Source of the DNA: an uncultured Clostridia bacterium
Lineage (GTDB): Bacteria > Bacillota > Clostridia > Oscillospirales > CAG-272
Length of the DNA stretch: 64,000 nt
Direction: 5' to 3'
Assembly: GCA_947626065.1 (NCBI GenBank)
Contig: CANQQT010000005.1
Span: forward strand, 12,252-76,251
The notes under the pieces are model-generated. The model saw only the letters and a list, made by a program, of their open reading frames with translations. It ran no database searches and had not been told where the DNA came from. The stretch's first letter is position 1. Each line of letters begins with the position of its first letter. Of the stretch, positions 1-8,108 are shown in pieces. Both the position numbers and the translations under genes were made by a program.

Positions 1-151
1 TGGAAACGTTCTTTCCGAGCCCCGATACCACGATTTTGTGTCCGGTTTGCAAGGCCGTCTGGCAATCCTGCACCAATTTTTCAAATGCGGTTTCATCAAC
101 GGAATCCACCGCTTTTCTGATTATCTCTAAATTTTCGTCAAAAATCGTCAT
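1..151 (-). CDS. SIS-domain sugar-phosphate isomerase-like protein; first 50 codons only, since the gene runs off the left edge
   Basis: ATG at 151..149 with GGAGGAAG shortly upstream, inside the end of the preceding gene. My translation is MTIFDENLEIIRKAVDSVDETAFEKLVQDCQTALQTGHKIVVSGLGKNVS, ending in a V-x-G-x-G-K loop as in SIS domains. The gene is truncated, so the family call is tentative. Confidence 0.5.
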   Translation of the reverse strand, partial: MTIFDENLEIIRKAVDSVDETAFEKLVQDCQTALQTGHKIVVSGLGKNVS

Positions 152-153
152 TT

Positions 154-1680
154 TTATTCTTCCTCCAATACTTCTTTCAGCAATCGGCACCCATTATAAA
201 ATGCGCCGCAAATCGAATCGTAATCTTCCCAAGCATACGTGGTCAGAGAAAACCATATAACGGTATGCAAAAGCTTCAGCGTCCGCATATCGATTTCATC
301 GGAAATCATCCGGCAAAAATACGGCGTCAAGGGTTCCCAATGATTGGACTCAATCTCAAGAGAGACCTCCTCCTCGGTAATGGAAAGGCGAAAGCGTTTG
401 AGATTAAAGGAATCGTAATTCCCCTGAATAGAATAAAACAGCTTTGCCCAGTCATAGGCCGGGTCGCCGTAAAGCTCCGTATATCCGAAATATCCTCTCG
501 GATCGATGAGCACCGGCGTAAGCGAACGGTCTAACAGAATGTTTGAAAAGGTACAGTCGCCGTGAATAAACGTGAATTTTTCGCAGCGGTAATCCTCGAA
601 CATATGCTCTAAAGTCGCCTGACAGAAAAACAGGTTGGGGCAATCCTCTCCATTGATGCGAATAACGGGCCGATCCGCAAAGGGCACAAGATCCCGAATC
701 TTTTCCAACCGTCGGAGCGTCTTTTGTACGTATGCCTCGTAAATGCTGAAATAGTCGGCCGGAATCGAATCCAGCTGATGCAATCTTCGTAAAGAATCCA
801 CGACATTTTTCAAGGCCACTTTTTTCTGCTCTTCCGTCAAATCACAGAGGAAAACGTTTTTCCCGTCGATTCTTTCCATCGTGAGGGGAGAGTACGAAAA
901 TATTTTCGGAACACAGCCGCAATTTTTTTCGTTCACATAACGGTACCACTTAATTTCCCGTTCCGCAAGCGCCTTTCCCTGCTCGTCAATTCCCTCTTTT
1001 ATGACAAGACCGTTTTCCACGCGAATCCGATTGAATGGGCGGCAACGACCGGGAAGGCCGGAAACGTTGTCCTCTTCCCAAACATCCAAAAGTCCGTATT
1101 CCTTTGTACGGTGTAGACCCAATGTTAAAAAAGAAATGGGCTGATTCTGCAACCATCGGACAAATTCCCCTTCGGAGGGAACCTCCCGAAGCAGTTCTTT
1201 TTGCTCAAACACAAAAAAGCCCGCTACGCCGCAATCGGTGGAAGGGCTTTCCTCAAAGACTCCGTTTTCGTATTTCCAGCGACAGCGAAAATCTTTGGAA
1301 AGGCCGATATAATTTCCCGGTTGGGAAGGAAAACGAAACTCGGAAGGCAGAACCAAATCCGACCAAATCAACGCGAAGGGCTTGCCGGTAGGAAGAAGCC
1401 GAAGAGCCTGGCCGATTCCCGCGCAGGTTCCCGTTTTTTCGTGTACCTCGGCAATCAGATATTTCACTTTGGCAAAGGCCGCCAGATATTTACGCATCAC
1501 GTCGCTTTTGTAATCGGATATCACAATAAATTTTTTATCCGGAAATTGCTCAAATAAATGGAACAGCATCGGGCGGTTCCCCACGGGAACCAACGCTTTG
1601 GGCTTGTTTTGAGTCAAATGACCCAAACGCGTTCCCTTCCCGCCTGCCTGCACAACAATATATTCTATCCCGTCGTTCAC
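154..1680 (-). CDS. Bifunctional sugar-phosphate nucleotidyltransferase (N-terminal) / APH-choline-kinase-fold kinase (C-terminal), LicC-LicA-like fusion
   Basis: 508-aa ORF. N-terminal VVQAGGKGTRLG is the G-x-G-T-R nucleotidyltransferase loop. C-terminal FIHGDCTFSNILLD is the H-x-D-x4-N kinase motif. GTG start with AAGGAGG 13 nt upstream. Confidence 0.8.
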   Translation of the reverse strand: MNDGIEYIVVQAGGKGTRLGHLTQNKPKALVPVGNRPMLFHLFEQFPDKKFIVISDYKSDVMRKYLAAFAKVKYLIAEVHEKTGTCAGIGQALRLLPTGKPFALIWSDLVLPSEFRFPSQPGNYIGLSKDFRCRWKYENGVFEESPSTDCGVAGFFVFEQKELLREVPSEGEFVRWLQNQPISFLTLGLHRTKEYGLLDVWEEDNVSGLPGRCRPFNRIRVENGLVIKEGIDEQGKALAEREIKWYRYVNEKNCGCVPKIFSYSPLTMERIDGKNVFLCDLTEEQKKVALKNVVDSLRRLHQLDSIPADYFSIYEAYVQKTLRRLEKIRDLVPFADRPVIRINGEDCPNLFFCQATLEHMFEDYRCEKFTFIHGDCTFSNILLDRSLTPVLIDPRGYFGYTELYGDPAYDWAKLFYSIQGNYDSFNLKRFRLSITEEEVSLEIESNHWEPLTPYFCRMISDEIDMRTLKLLHTVIWFSLTTYAWEDYDSICGAFYNGCRLLKEVLEEE

Positions 1681-1795
1681 GTTTTCAAGCTTTCCTCCTT
1701 GACCGTATTCAACATCTGCGATATTTGCGGAAAAACTCTTTCAACAGCTTTTTGCTGTCAAAAAAAGCGCGATTTCACAGTTAAATGCGCATTTA

Positions 1796-1824
1796 ATTAT
1801 ATCATATATATTAACGAAAGTCAA
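1796..1824 (-). promoter_or_regulatory. Sigma-A-type promoter for the nucleotidyltransferase/kinase-SIS operon
   Basis: Minus strand reads TTGACT, then 17 nt, then TATAAT (-35 at 1819..1824, -10 at 1796..1801). Confidence 0.55.
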
Positions 1825-1881
1825 GGACAAGTTTTATAAAATTCAGTCAGATTGAATATAAACGGCTTTTTCAGAAACACC

Positions 1882-1926
1882 AAAAACGCCCAACCCCTTC
1901 TTTTGAATCGTTTAAGGGATTGGGCG
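1882..1926. terminator. Bidirectional intrinsic terminator, which would end the tRNA operon transcript
   Basis: 13-nt arms CGCCCAACCCCTT / AAGGGATTGGCG (12 bp plus 1 mismatch). An A5 run lies before the hairpin and T5 shortly after it on the plus strand, so a U-run follows it in either orientation. Confidence 0.55.
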
Positions 1927-2175
1927 AGAATTTTTCATTGGGGAATTCTATATTGTTTATCTAAAAACTACTGCATAAAATAGCTATACAAAAGCGATTC
2001 ATCCAAAATCGTTCAGCCTTATAGAAATCCTTCATTTTTTCTCTCTGGCCGTTGCGCGACGGCTGTTTCAGTGAATGGTTTCAAGGCAGATTCTGTGGCA
2101 CAGAGTCAAAAAATTGGCCCTCCACACCTCAGCAAGCAAAAAGAAAACCGGCAACACTTACCATGCTACCGGTTT

Positions 2176-2250
2176 TGGAGGCGACATCCGGATTCGGACC
2201 GGAGAATAACGGTTTTGCAGACCGTGGCCTTACCACTTGGCTATGTCGCC
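2176..2250 (-). tRNA. tRNA-Cys (GCA)
   Basis: Reverse complement is GGCGACATAGCCAAGTGGTAAGGCCACGGTCTGCAAAACCGTTATTCTCCGGTCCGAATCCGGATGTCGCCTCCA. It folds as a cloverleaf with anticodon loop CTGCAAA and an encoded CCA. The T-loop reads TCCGAAT (see findings). Confidence 0.85.
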
Positions 2251-2279
2251 GAAAACAAACGCTCCCGACGAAGGGAGCG
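2251..2279 (-). terminator. Terminator-like hairpin between tRNA-Gly and tRNA-Cys
   Basis: Minus sense reads CGCTCCC-ttcgtc-GGGAGCG followed by TTTGTTTTC. Confidence 0.5.
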
Positions 2280-2287
2280 CCGTTTTT

Positions 2288-2363
2288 TGGAGCGGATTAC
2301 GGGGCTCGAACCCGCCACCTCCACCTTGGCAAGGTGGCGCTCTACCAAATGAGCTAAATCCGC
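2288..2363 (-). tRNA. tRNA-Gly (GCC)
   Basis: Reverse complement is GCGGATTTAGCTCATTTGGTAGAGCGCCACCTTGCCAAGGTGGAGGTGGCGGGTTCGAGCCCCGTAATCCGCTCCA. Anticodon loop TTGCCAA. Confidence 0.95.
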
Positions 2364-2426
2364 GAATCGTATGTACCGCGCTTTCGCAACGATACACACT
2401 TCATCACACACTGTTGCGTGCGACCA

Positions 2427-2502
2427 TGGTGCCTCCGGTCGGAATTGAACCAACGACACAAGGATTTTCAGTCCTCCGCTCTACCGACTGAGCTACAGAG
2501 GC
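2427..2502 (-). tRNA. tRNA-Phe (GAA)
   Basis: Reverse complement is GCCTCTGTAGCTCAGTCGGTAGAGCGGAGGACTGAAAATCCTTGTGTCGTTGGTTCAATTCCGACCGGAGGCACCA. Anticodon GAA. Confidence 0.95.
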
Positions 2503-2545
2503 ATACCGGCAGCCTGTCGGAGAACTTTTGACTGCCTGAGAAAAA

Positions 2546-2622
2546 TGGCGACCCGAAGGGGACTCGAACCCCTGACCTCTAGCGTGACAGGCTAGCGTTC
2601 TAACCAACTGAACTACCGGGCC
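2546..2622 (-). tRNA. tRNA-Asp (GTC)
   Basis: Reverse complement is GGCCCGGTAGTTCAGTTGGTTAGAACGCTAGCCTGTCACGCTAGAGGTCAGGGGTTCGAGTCCCCTTCGGGTCGCCA. Anticodon loop CTGTCAC. Confidence 0.95.
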
Positions 2623-2627
2623 GTATA

Positions 2628-2703
2628 TGGTGGGAACAATAGGGCTCGAACCTATGACCCTCTGCTTGTAAGGCAGATGCTCTCCCAGCTGAGCTATGCT
2701 CCC
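2628..2703 (-). tRNA. tRNA-Val (TAC)
   Basis: Reverse complement is GGGAGCATAGCTCAGCTGGGAGAGCATCTGCCTTACAAGCAGAGGGTCATAGGTTCGAGCCCTATTGTTCCCACCA. Anticodon loop CTTACAA. Confidence 0.95.
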
Positions 2704-2742
2704 GATCCTGTCGGCGGGAGTCTCTTCCCTTGCGACTTTGAT

Positions 2743-2771
2743 ATTATACCATATCCCGCCCTCTTTGTCAA
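2743..2771 (-). promoter_or_regulatory. Perfect-consensus sigma-A promoter of the tRNA operon
   Basis: Minus strand reads TTGACA, then 17 nt, then TATAAT (-35 at 2766..2771, -10 at 2743..2748). An A-rich UP-like tract lies immediately upstream (2772..2800). Confidence 0.8.
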
Positions 2772-3121
2772 CACTTTTTTTGAATTTTTTTATTTTTCTT
2801 GCGTTTCTTTTCGAATTCCCCGCCACTCTACGCCTCGCTTTGCGTTTCCCACTGTCCGCATTCCGTCGGCAAAAGCCTGTAGCCCCGGAAACCACGCCGC
2901 ACACCTACGGCTCCGGCGCCCTTTTGGCGCGCATATCAAAAGCGGGCCTTCTCGGGGAAAAACCGGCGTTCGTCAGCTTCTGTTGGGCGTTGGCTGAGAC
3001 GTTGGCGCACTTTTCCCGAGGCATTCACCGGATCTTTTTGAGGCGTTCGTGCGGCTCTTCCTAGGCATTGTCGCGCCTTTCGCCTTCCCCGTCCGCGACT
3101 GCCGCCTCTTACGCTTGTTTC

Positions 3122-3156
3122 CAAAAGGAAAAGCCGGGTGAACGATTTCGCCCGGC
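3122..3156 (-). terminator. Intrinsic terminator after the GT2 gene
   Basis: Minus sense reads GCCGGG-12 nt loop-CCCGGC followed by TTTTCCTTTTGG, 8 nt after the stop codon. Confidence 0.6.
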
Positions 3157-3163
3157 GCCCCGT

Positions 3164-3898
3164 TTATGCCTCGGGGGTAAAATTTTTGTGTGTTCTACGG
3201 ATCCGGATGACGTCGCGGAGCATTTTCAGCGTGTCGCGCACCGGTCTCACCTTCGATTCCGATTCGCGGTGCTGGAGAATGCGAACCGGAAATTCGGTAA
3301 CCTTCATTTTATATTTCCCGGCGAGGATCAGCACCTCCAGGTCAAACGCAAAGCCGTTTACCGTACACTTCCGGAAGATTTTTTCCGCCGCGCTCCTTTT
3401 CATGCACTTGATGCCGCACTGGGAATCGGAATAGGAAAAGCCCGCCAGCAGGGAGATGACGCGAATGTAGGTTTTCGACATCAGCTTCCGCAGGAAGGTA
3501 TACCCCTCGTAGCCGTCGGCGCTGAGATTTCTCGAACCGATCACAAGGTCGGAGCCGGTGTTAAGAAGCTCGTTGTAGATTTCAAAAACGGCGTCACAGC
3601 CGTAGGCGAGATCACAGTCTGTATAGACGACCGCCTCCCCCACAGCGGCAAGAACCCCTTCACGGACGGCGGAGCCTTTCCCCCGGTTGTCGGGATAGCC
3701 GACGACGCGCACCCGGGGGAGCTGCAGCTCCTCGACGGCCTCCGCACAGCGGTCCCGGCTCCCGTCGTTCGAGAAGACGATTTCATAGTCGCCGTCCGGG
3801 AACTTCCCGTCGAAAAAGTCCGTCAGTGTCCGCGCCGTCTGCGCCGCGATTTTTTCCTCGTTGTACATGGGAATGACAATGGATAGCTTGGGAATCAT
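3164..3898 (-). CDS. Family 2 (GT-A fold) glycosyltransferase, polyprenyl-phosphate glycosyltransferase-like
   Basis: 244 aa. Contains LSIVIPMYNEE, FSNDGSRD and TDCDL motifs. ATG start with AGAAAGG upstream. Confidence 0.8.
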   Translation of the reverse strand: MIPKLSIVIPMYNEEKIAAQTARTLTDFFDGKFPDGDYEIVFSNDGSRDRCAEAVEELQLPRVRVVGYPDNRGKGSAVREGVLAAVGEAVVYTDCDLAYGCDAVFEIYNELLNTGSDLVIGSRNLSADGYEGYTFLRKLMSKTYIRVISLLAGFSYSDSQCGIKCMKRSAAEKIFRKCTVNGFAFDLEVLILAGKYKMKVTEFPVRILQHRESESKVRPVRDTLKMLRDVIRIRRTHKNFTPEA

Positions 3899-3912
3899 AG
3901 AAGAAGCCTTTC

Positions 3913-4881
3913 TTATCCGCGGACCGAGGAGACCAGCACGGCATGGACGGCAAGCCGCCCGTTCCGCGTCCGGTTGCTGCAGGTGGAAAGAGTCAGGATT
4001 TTATCCTCCGCGCAAAACTGCGTATCGGTCGGATGAATCGAGTTTCCCTTTACCCGCTCGGCAAATTCCAAAAAGCTCTCGTCCGTCGGGAAATAGGTGG
4101 TGATATACGGATAGTATTTGTCGGTTGCATAGACGGAGAAAATCCGGTAGGTGTACATTCCGTCAAGGGTATACACGATCACCGTCCCGTTTTTCTCGAA
4201 AAAGTCCCGCTCAAGAAAATTATCAAGGGCATGGAACATCGACTGATTCGCCATGTGGTGGCCGTAGAGAATGAGATTTTTATTCTCAAGCGCCGTGCGG
4301 CTACACCGGTAATCGGCGAAAATCGAACCGGCCTCAAGATAGCTTCCCGTGTAGGAATGGTCGAGGTAATAGTCGTTGTCCTCGCTCTGCATGATCGGGT
4401 AATTGATGTTGGTTCCGGGGAGCTCTATCCAGCCGTAAAGATTCGGATAGCGCTGTTTCAGGCTGTAGAGCTTGCTCCGGAAGCGCTCAAACTCCCGGTT
4501 GACGCCGGTCTGCCCCGTCACGCCCTGAAGATCCTCCGCCGACAGATTCTGACTGGCCTCGTAGTCGGGGGTCGCCTGCCCTCCGTAAGAGGACAGCATC
4601 TCCTCCACCCCGTTCTCTCCGCTTCCGCCGACGACGGCGTCGGCCACATTTCCGTAAACATCCTCCGCCTCGCCGTAGCCGACGAGCGAATGCACGATAT
4701 ACCGAACGCTGAGAGCCAGCACCAGCCCGCAGGCAAGGAGTGCGAACAGACGGATATGGTCAAGAAGGAAGGTGAGCGGGGAGAATTTCTTCTTTTCACG
4801 CGGGGCAATCGCGTCCGGCGTCATTTCCATGACCGAGCGGACAAATTCCGATTCTTTTTTTTCGGGCGGAGTCTGCGACAT
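3913..4881 (-). CDS. srtB: Class B sortase
   Basis: 322 aa with an N-terminal TM segment. The catalytic set is LILYGHHM (His), LTLSTC (Cys) and NGRLAVHAV (Arg). The NINYPIMQ..DNDYYLDH segment is typical of class B. Confidence 0.85.
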   Translation of the reverse strand: MSQTPPEKKESEFVRSVMEMTPDAIAPREKKKFSPLTFLLDHIRLFALLACGLVLALSVRYIVHSLVGYGEAEDVYGNVADAVVGGSGENGVEEMLSSYGGQATPDYEASQNLSAEDLQGVTGQTGVNREFERFRSKLYSLKQRYPNLYGWIELPGTNINYPIMQSEDNDYYLDHSYTGSYLEAGSIFADYRCSRTALENKNLILYGHHMANQSMFHALDNFLERDFFEKNGTVIVYTLDGMYTYRIFSVYATDKYYPYITTYFPTDESFLEFAERVKGNSIHPTDTQFCAEDKILTLSTCSNRTRNGRLAVHAVLVSSVRG

Positions 4882-4957
4882 ACCGTTTCCCTTCCTTTCC
4901 TGTTTTTATCGGCCTTCCCTCTTTCTCCGAGAGGCAAGGCGGCCTGAGCGCTCTTTT

Positions 4958-6628
4958 TCAGTCGACGAGGATCAGCGACGGATCCCACATAGCGGGCGCG
5001 CGGTAGCCGAGCAGATTGACGACGGTTGCGGCCACCGAGGAAAGCCCGAAGCTTCCCTCCTCCCCGGTCTTGACCCGGTAGGCGTCCGCCGTCGTTTTGT
5101 CATAGAAGATGCAGGGCACGGGGTTCAGCGTGTGGCTGGTTTTGGCCTTGAAGCGACCATCCTTCCCTACCTTCGGCAGGCCCGTCTTCTTGTCGATTTC
5201 ATACATCTCGTCGGCGTTTCCGTGGTCGGCGGTGATGATAGCGACGCCGTGAAGCTCGTCGATCACCCGCAGAATCCTTGCCAGCTGGAGATCAAGCGCT
5301 TCCATTGCGCACCGCGTCGCCGCGAAGCTTCCGGTATGGCCCACCATATCGCCGTTCGGGAAATTACAGCGCAGATAGCGGTATTTTCCGGAGCGGAGCG
5401 CCTCGATCAGCTCGTCGGTAATCTCCGCGCATTTCATCCAAGGCCTCTGCTCAAAGGGGACGACGTCGGAAGGAATCTCTTGATAGGTCTCGTATTCCTC
5501 GCTGAATTTTCCGCTCCGGTTGCCGTTCCAGAAATAGGTGACGTGACCGTATTTCTGCGTTTCGGAAATCGCGTATTCCGGGATCCGGGAAGCGGCGAGG
5601 TATTCGCTTAACGTGTTGGTAATCTCCGGCGGGCTGACCAGATAGTTTTTCGGAATGTGCAGGTCGCCGTCGTATTCCAGCATTCCCGCATAAACCACCT
5701 TCGGGTAACGGACGCGGTCGAATTTGTCGAAATTCTCCTCGTCAAAGGCGCGGGAAATTTCGATCGACCGGTCGCCCCGGAAATTGTAGAAGACGACGCT
5801 GTCGCCGTCAAGGACGGGGCCGACCGGCTTCCCGTTTTCAGCGATGACAAAGGCCGGCAGATCCTGGTCGATGGCTCCCGTCTCCTCCCGGTAGGTCGAA
5901 ATCGCCTCGGCCGCCGTGGCGAACTGCCTGCCCTCTCCGAGGACGTGGGTTTTCCAGCCCTCCGCCACCATCGGCCAGTTGGCCTCGTAGCGGTCCATGG
6001 TAATCTTCATCCGACCGCCGCCCGAGGCGATGCGGACGTCGAAATCCTGCGAACGGAGGCCGTCAAGAAAGGCCTCGAAGGGGAGAACGTAGTCGAGCGC
6101 CGAGGTTTCCCCCACGTCCCGCCCGTCAAGGAGAATGTGAATCCGGACTCTGCGCACCCCTTCTTCCTTGGCACGGGAAACCATGGCCTTGAGATGGTCG
6201 ATGTGAGAATGGACGTTCCCGTCCGAGAAGAGTCCGAGAAAATGCAGCGTCGAGCCGTTTTCCTTCACCTGTCCGATCACCTTTTTCCAGGTATCGGAGG
6301 AGAACATTTTTCCGCTTTCAATCGACTGGGAAACCAGCTTCGCGCCCTGCGCGAAAACCTGACCGGAGCCGAGCGCGTTGTGCCCGACCTCGGAATTTCC
6401 CATATCGTCGTCGGTGGGGAGGCCGACCGCCGTTCCGTGCGCCTTCAGCGTGAGCATCGGGCAGGTTTTCATCAGCATATCGAGCGTCGGCGTGTAAGCG
6501 GCCGCCACCGCGTTTGCCCCGTTGTCGGGGGCCAATCCGACCCCGTCCATCACAATCGTAAGAAGCGGCCCGCGGACGCCGCCGAACCCTTCGAGCTTTT
6601 CCAGCGTTTTTTCTGTATGCGTTTCCAT
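4958..6628 (-). CDS. gpmI: 2,3-bisphosphoglycerate-independent phosphoglycerate mutase (long ~550-aa form)
   Basis: 556 aa. Contains MGNSEVGHNALGSG and ITADHGNADEM metal/phosphoserine motifs. Confidence 0.9.
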   Translation of the reverse strand: METHTEKTLEKLEGFGGVRGPLLTIVMDGVGLAPDNGANAVAAAYTPTLDMLMKTCPMLTLKAHGTAVGLPTDDDMGNSEVGHNALGSGQVFAQGAKLVSQSIESGKMFSSDTWKKVIGQVKENGSTLHFLGLFSDGNVHSHIDHLKAMVSRAKEEGVRRVRIHILLDGRDVGETSALDYVLPFEAFLDGLRSQDFDVRIASGGGRMKITMDRYEANWPMVAEGWKTHVLGEGRQFATAAEAISTYREETGAIDQDLPAFVIAENGKPVGPVLDGDSVVFYNFRGDRSIEISRAFDEENFDKFDRVRYPKVVYAGMLEYDGDLHIPKNYLVSPPEITNTLSEYLAASRIPEYAISETQKYGHVTYFWNGNRSGKFSEEYETYQEIPSDVVPFEQRPWMKCAEITDELIEALRSGKYRYLRCNFPNGDMVGHTGSFAATRCAMEALDLQLARILRVIDELHGVAIITADHGNADEMYEIDKKTGLPKVGKDGRFKAKTSHTLNPVPCIFYDKTTADAYRVKTGEEGSFGLSSVAATVVNLLGYRAPAMWDPSLILVD

Positions 6629-7104
6629 ATGCGCACCCTTTTCTCCGGCGAAAAAAATTCAAAAGACATTGCCCACGGCGCGCCGGCACCGGAGAACAAT
6701 TTCATAGAAAGCCGCCCTTCCCGGCCATTCCGACGGGAAACCGGCTTTTTTCCCTATGCTTTTATTATACACGGTAATTATGAATAAAAAAATGCTCTTT
6801 TCGCAATTTTCTATAACATTTTTGCGGCGGGCGGACATATTCCGCGCCAAAAACGGGAAAAGGGCCGCCGACGCCCTCTCGGGGAAGAAAAAATGCGCAG
6901 TCCCAACCCTTGCACCCTCTCCAAAAAGAGAGAATCCCCGCGAAAGGCCCAGTGCCCTCTCTGAAAAGAAAAATGCCCCGAAAGACCTTCCACTTGGGGA
7001 GGCGCTCCCGGGACAAAATTTTTTATCGCAGAAAAAAGTTCTTTCGCCGTGGGGCATCGACAAGGCAACCGCCTGATTTTTCTGTGAGAAAATCCGCCGC
7101 GGAG

Positions 7105-7896
7105 CTATGAGAGAATCCGCCGCAGAATTTCCACGCGGACGGCTCGGCCGCTTTCCCTGTCGAGAGTGAAAACCGCCCCGTTCAGCTCCACCGGCCCCGA
7201 CGGATTTTCAAAGCGCACCGGCCGGTGCGTCCGGAGCTTCCTTATCACACATTCGCTTTTTACCCCCAGAATCGAGTCCTCCGGGCCGCACATTCCGAGG
7301 TCGGTAAGATAACCGGTTCCGCCCGGCAAAATCCGCGTGTCGGCGGTGAGAATATGGGTGTGCGTGCCGAAAACGGCGGAAATTCTCCCGTCGAAGAAGC
7401 GGGCCAGCGCCAGCTTTTCCGAGGTCGCCTCGGCGTGGATATCCAACACCGAAAAGTCGTAGCTTCCCCTGTTTTCTTCGAGCATGGCCTCCACCGCGTC
7501 GAAGGGATCGGACAGCGGGTCGAGGAAAACCGTACCCAAAACATTCATCACGAGGAGGCGCACCCCTCCGCTCTCAAAAATCGCGCATCCTCTCCCCGGC
7601 GTCCCGGTCGGGTAATTGGCAGGGCGAAGGACGAAGGGATTTTCCTCTATATACTCCTCGATCTCCTTCTTCTGCCAGATATGATTGCCAGAGGTCAGCA
7701 CGTCGACGCCGCTGTGAAGGAGCCGCTCGGCGCTTGCGCGGTCAAGGCCGTTCCCGGCGGCGGCGTTCTCTCCGTTTGCGACGGCAAAATCGACGGCAAG
7801 CTCCCGCCTCAGTCCATTCAGAACCCGACAGACCTTGTCCGTCGCCTCGGCCCCGACGATATCCCCGAGGGCAAGAATTCTGTATTCCGTCTTCAT
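7105..7896 (-). CDS. ymdB: YmdB-family metallophosphoesterase (2',3'-cyclic-nucleotide phosphodiesterase-like)
   Basis: 263 aa. Contains ILALGDIVG, ANGENAAAGNG, TSGNHIW and GTHTH motifs. AGGAGGGAAG RBS. Confidence 0.85.
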   Translation of the reverse strand: MKTEYRILALGDIVGAEATDKVCRVLNGLRRELAVDFAVANGENAAAGNGLDRASAERLLHSGVDVLTSGNHIWQKKEIEEYIEENPFVLRPANYPTGTPGRGCAIFESGGVRLLVMNVLGTVFLDPLSDPFDAVEAMLEENRGSYDFSVLDIHAEATSEKLALARFFDGRISAVFGTHTHILTADTRILPGGTGYLTDLGMCGPEDSILGVKSECVIRKLRTHRPVRFENPSGPVELNGAVFTLDRESGRAVRVEILRRILS

Positions 7897-8108
7897 GTCG
7901 CTTCCCTCCTGAAGGTAAAAAAAGCCTTCCCTTGCGCGTTCTTCTGTTCCAGGCCCCGGCTCTTTGGCGTTTTTCGTTCTATGCGGCGCGAATTTTTCTC
8001 CTTACGCACACCGACCCGGGCTTTCCGTTCCCGGCGCTCGGGCTTCTTTTTGGGGCTTGCCGTCTTCCGCTTTTGCCGCGCGGAGTTTTCCACGATGGTA
8101 AAAAATTC

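Noticed and set aside
1936-2175. Extra tRNA or small RNA downstream of tRNA-Cys.
   Set aside because: I could not fold any cloverleaf or find T-loop or CCA signatures. There is only a weak AACCGG hairpin with a T-run near 2140..2175. Nothing here can be supported without a covariance search.
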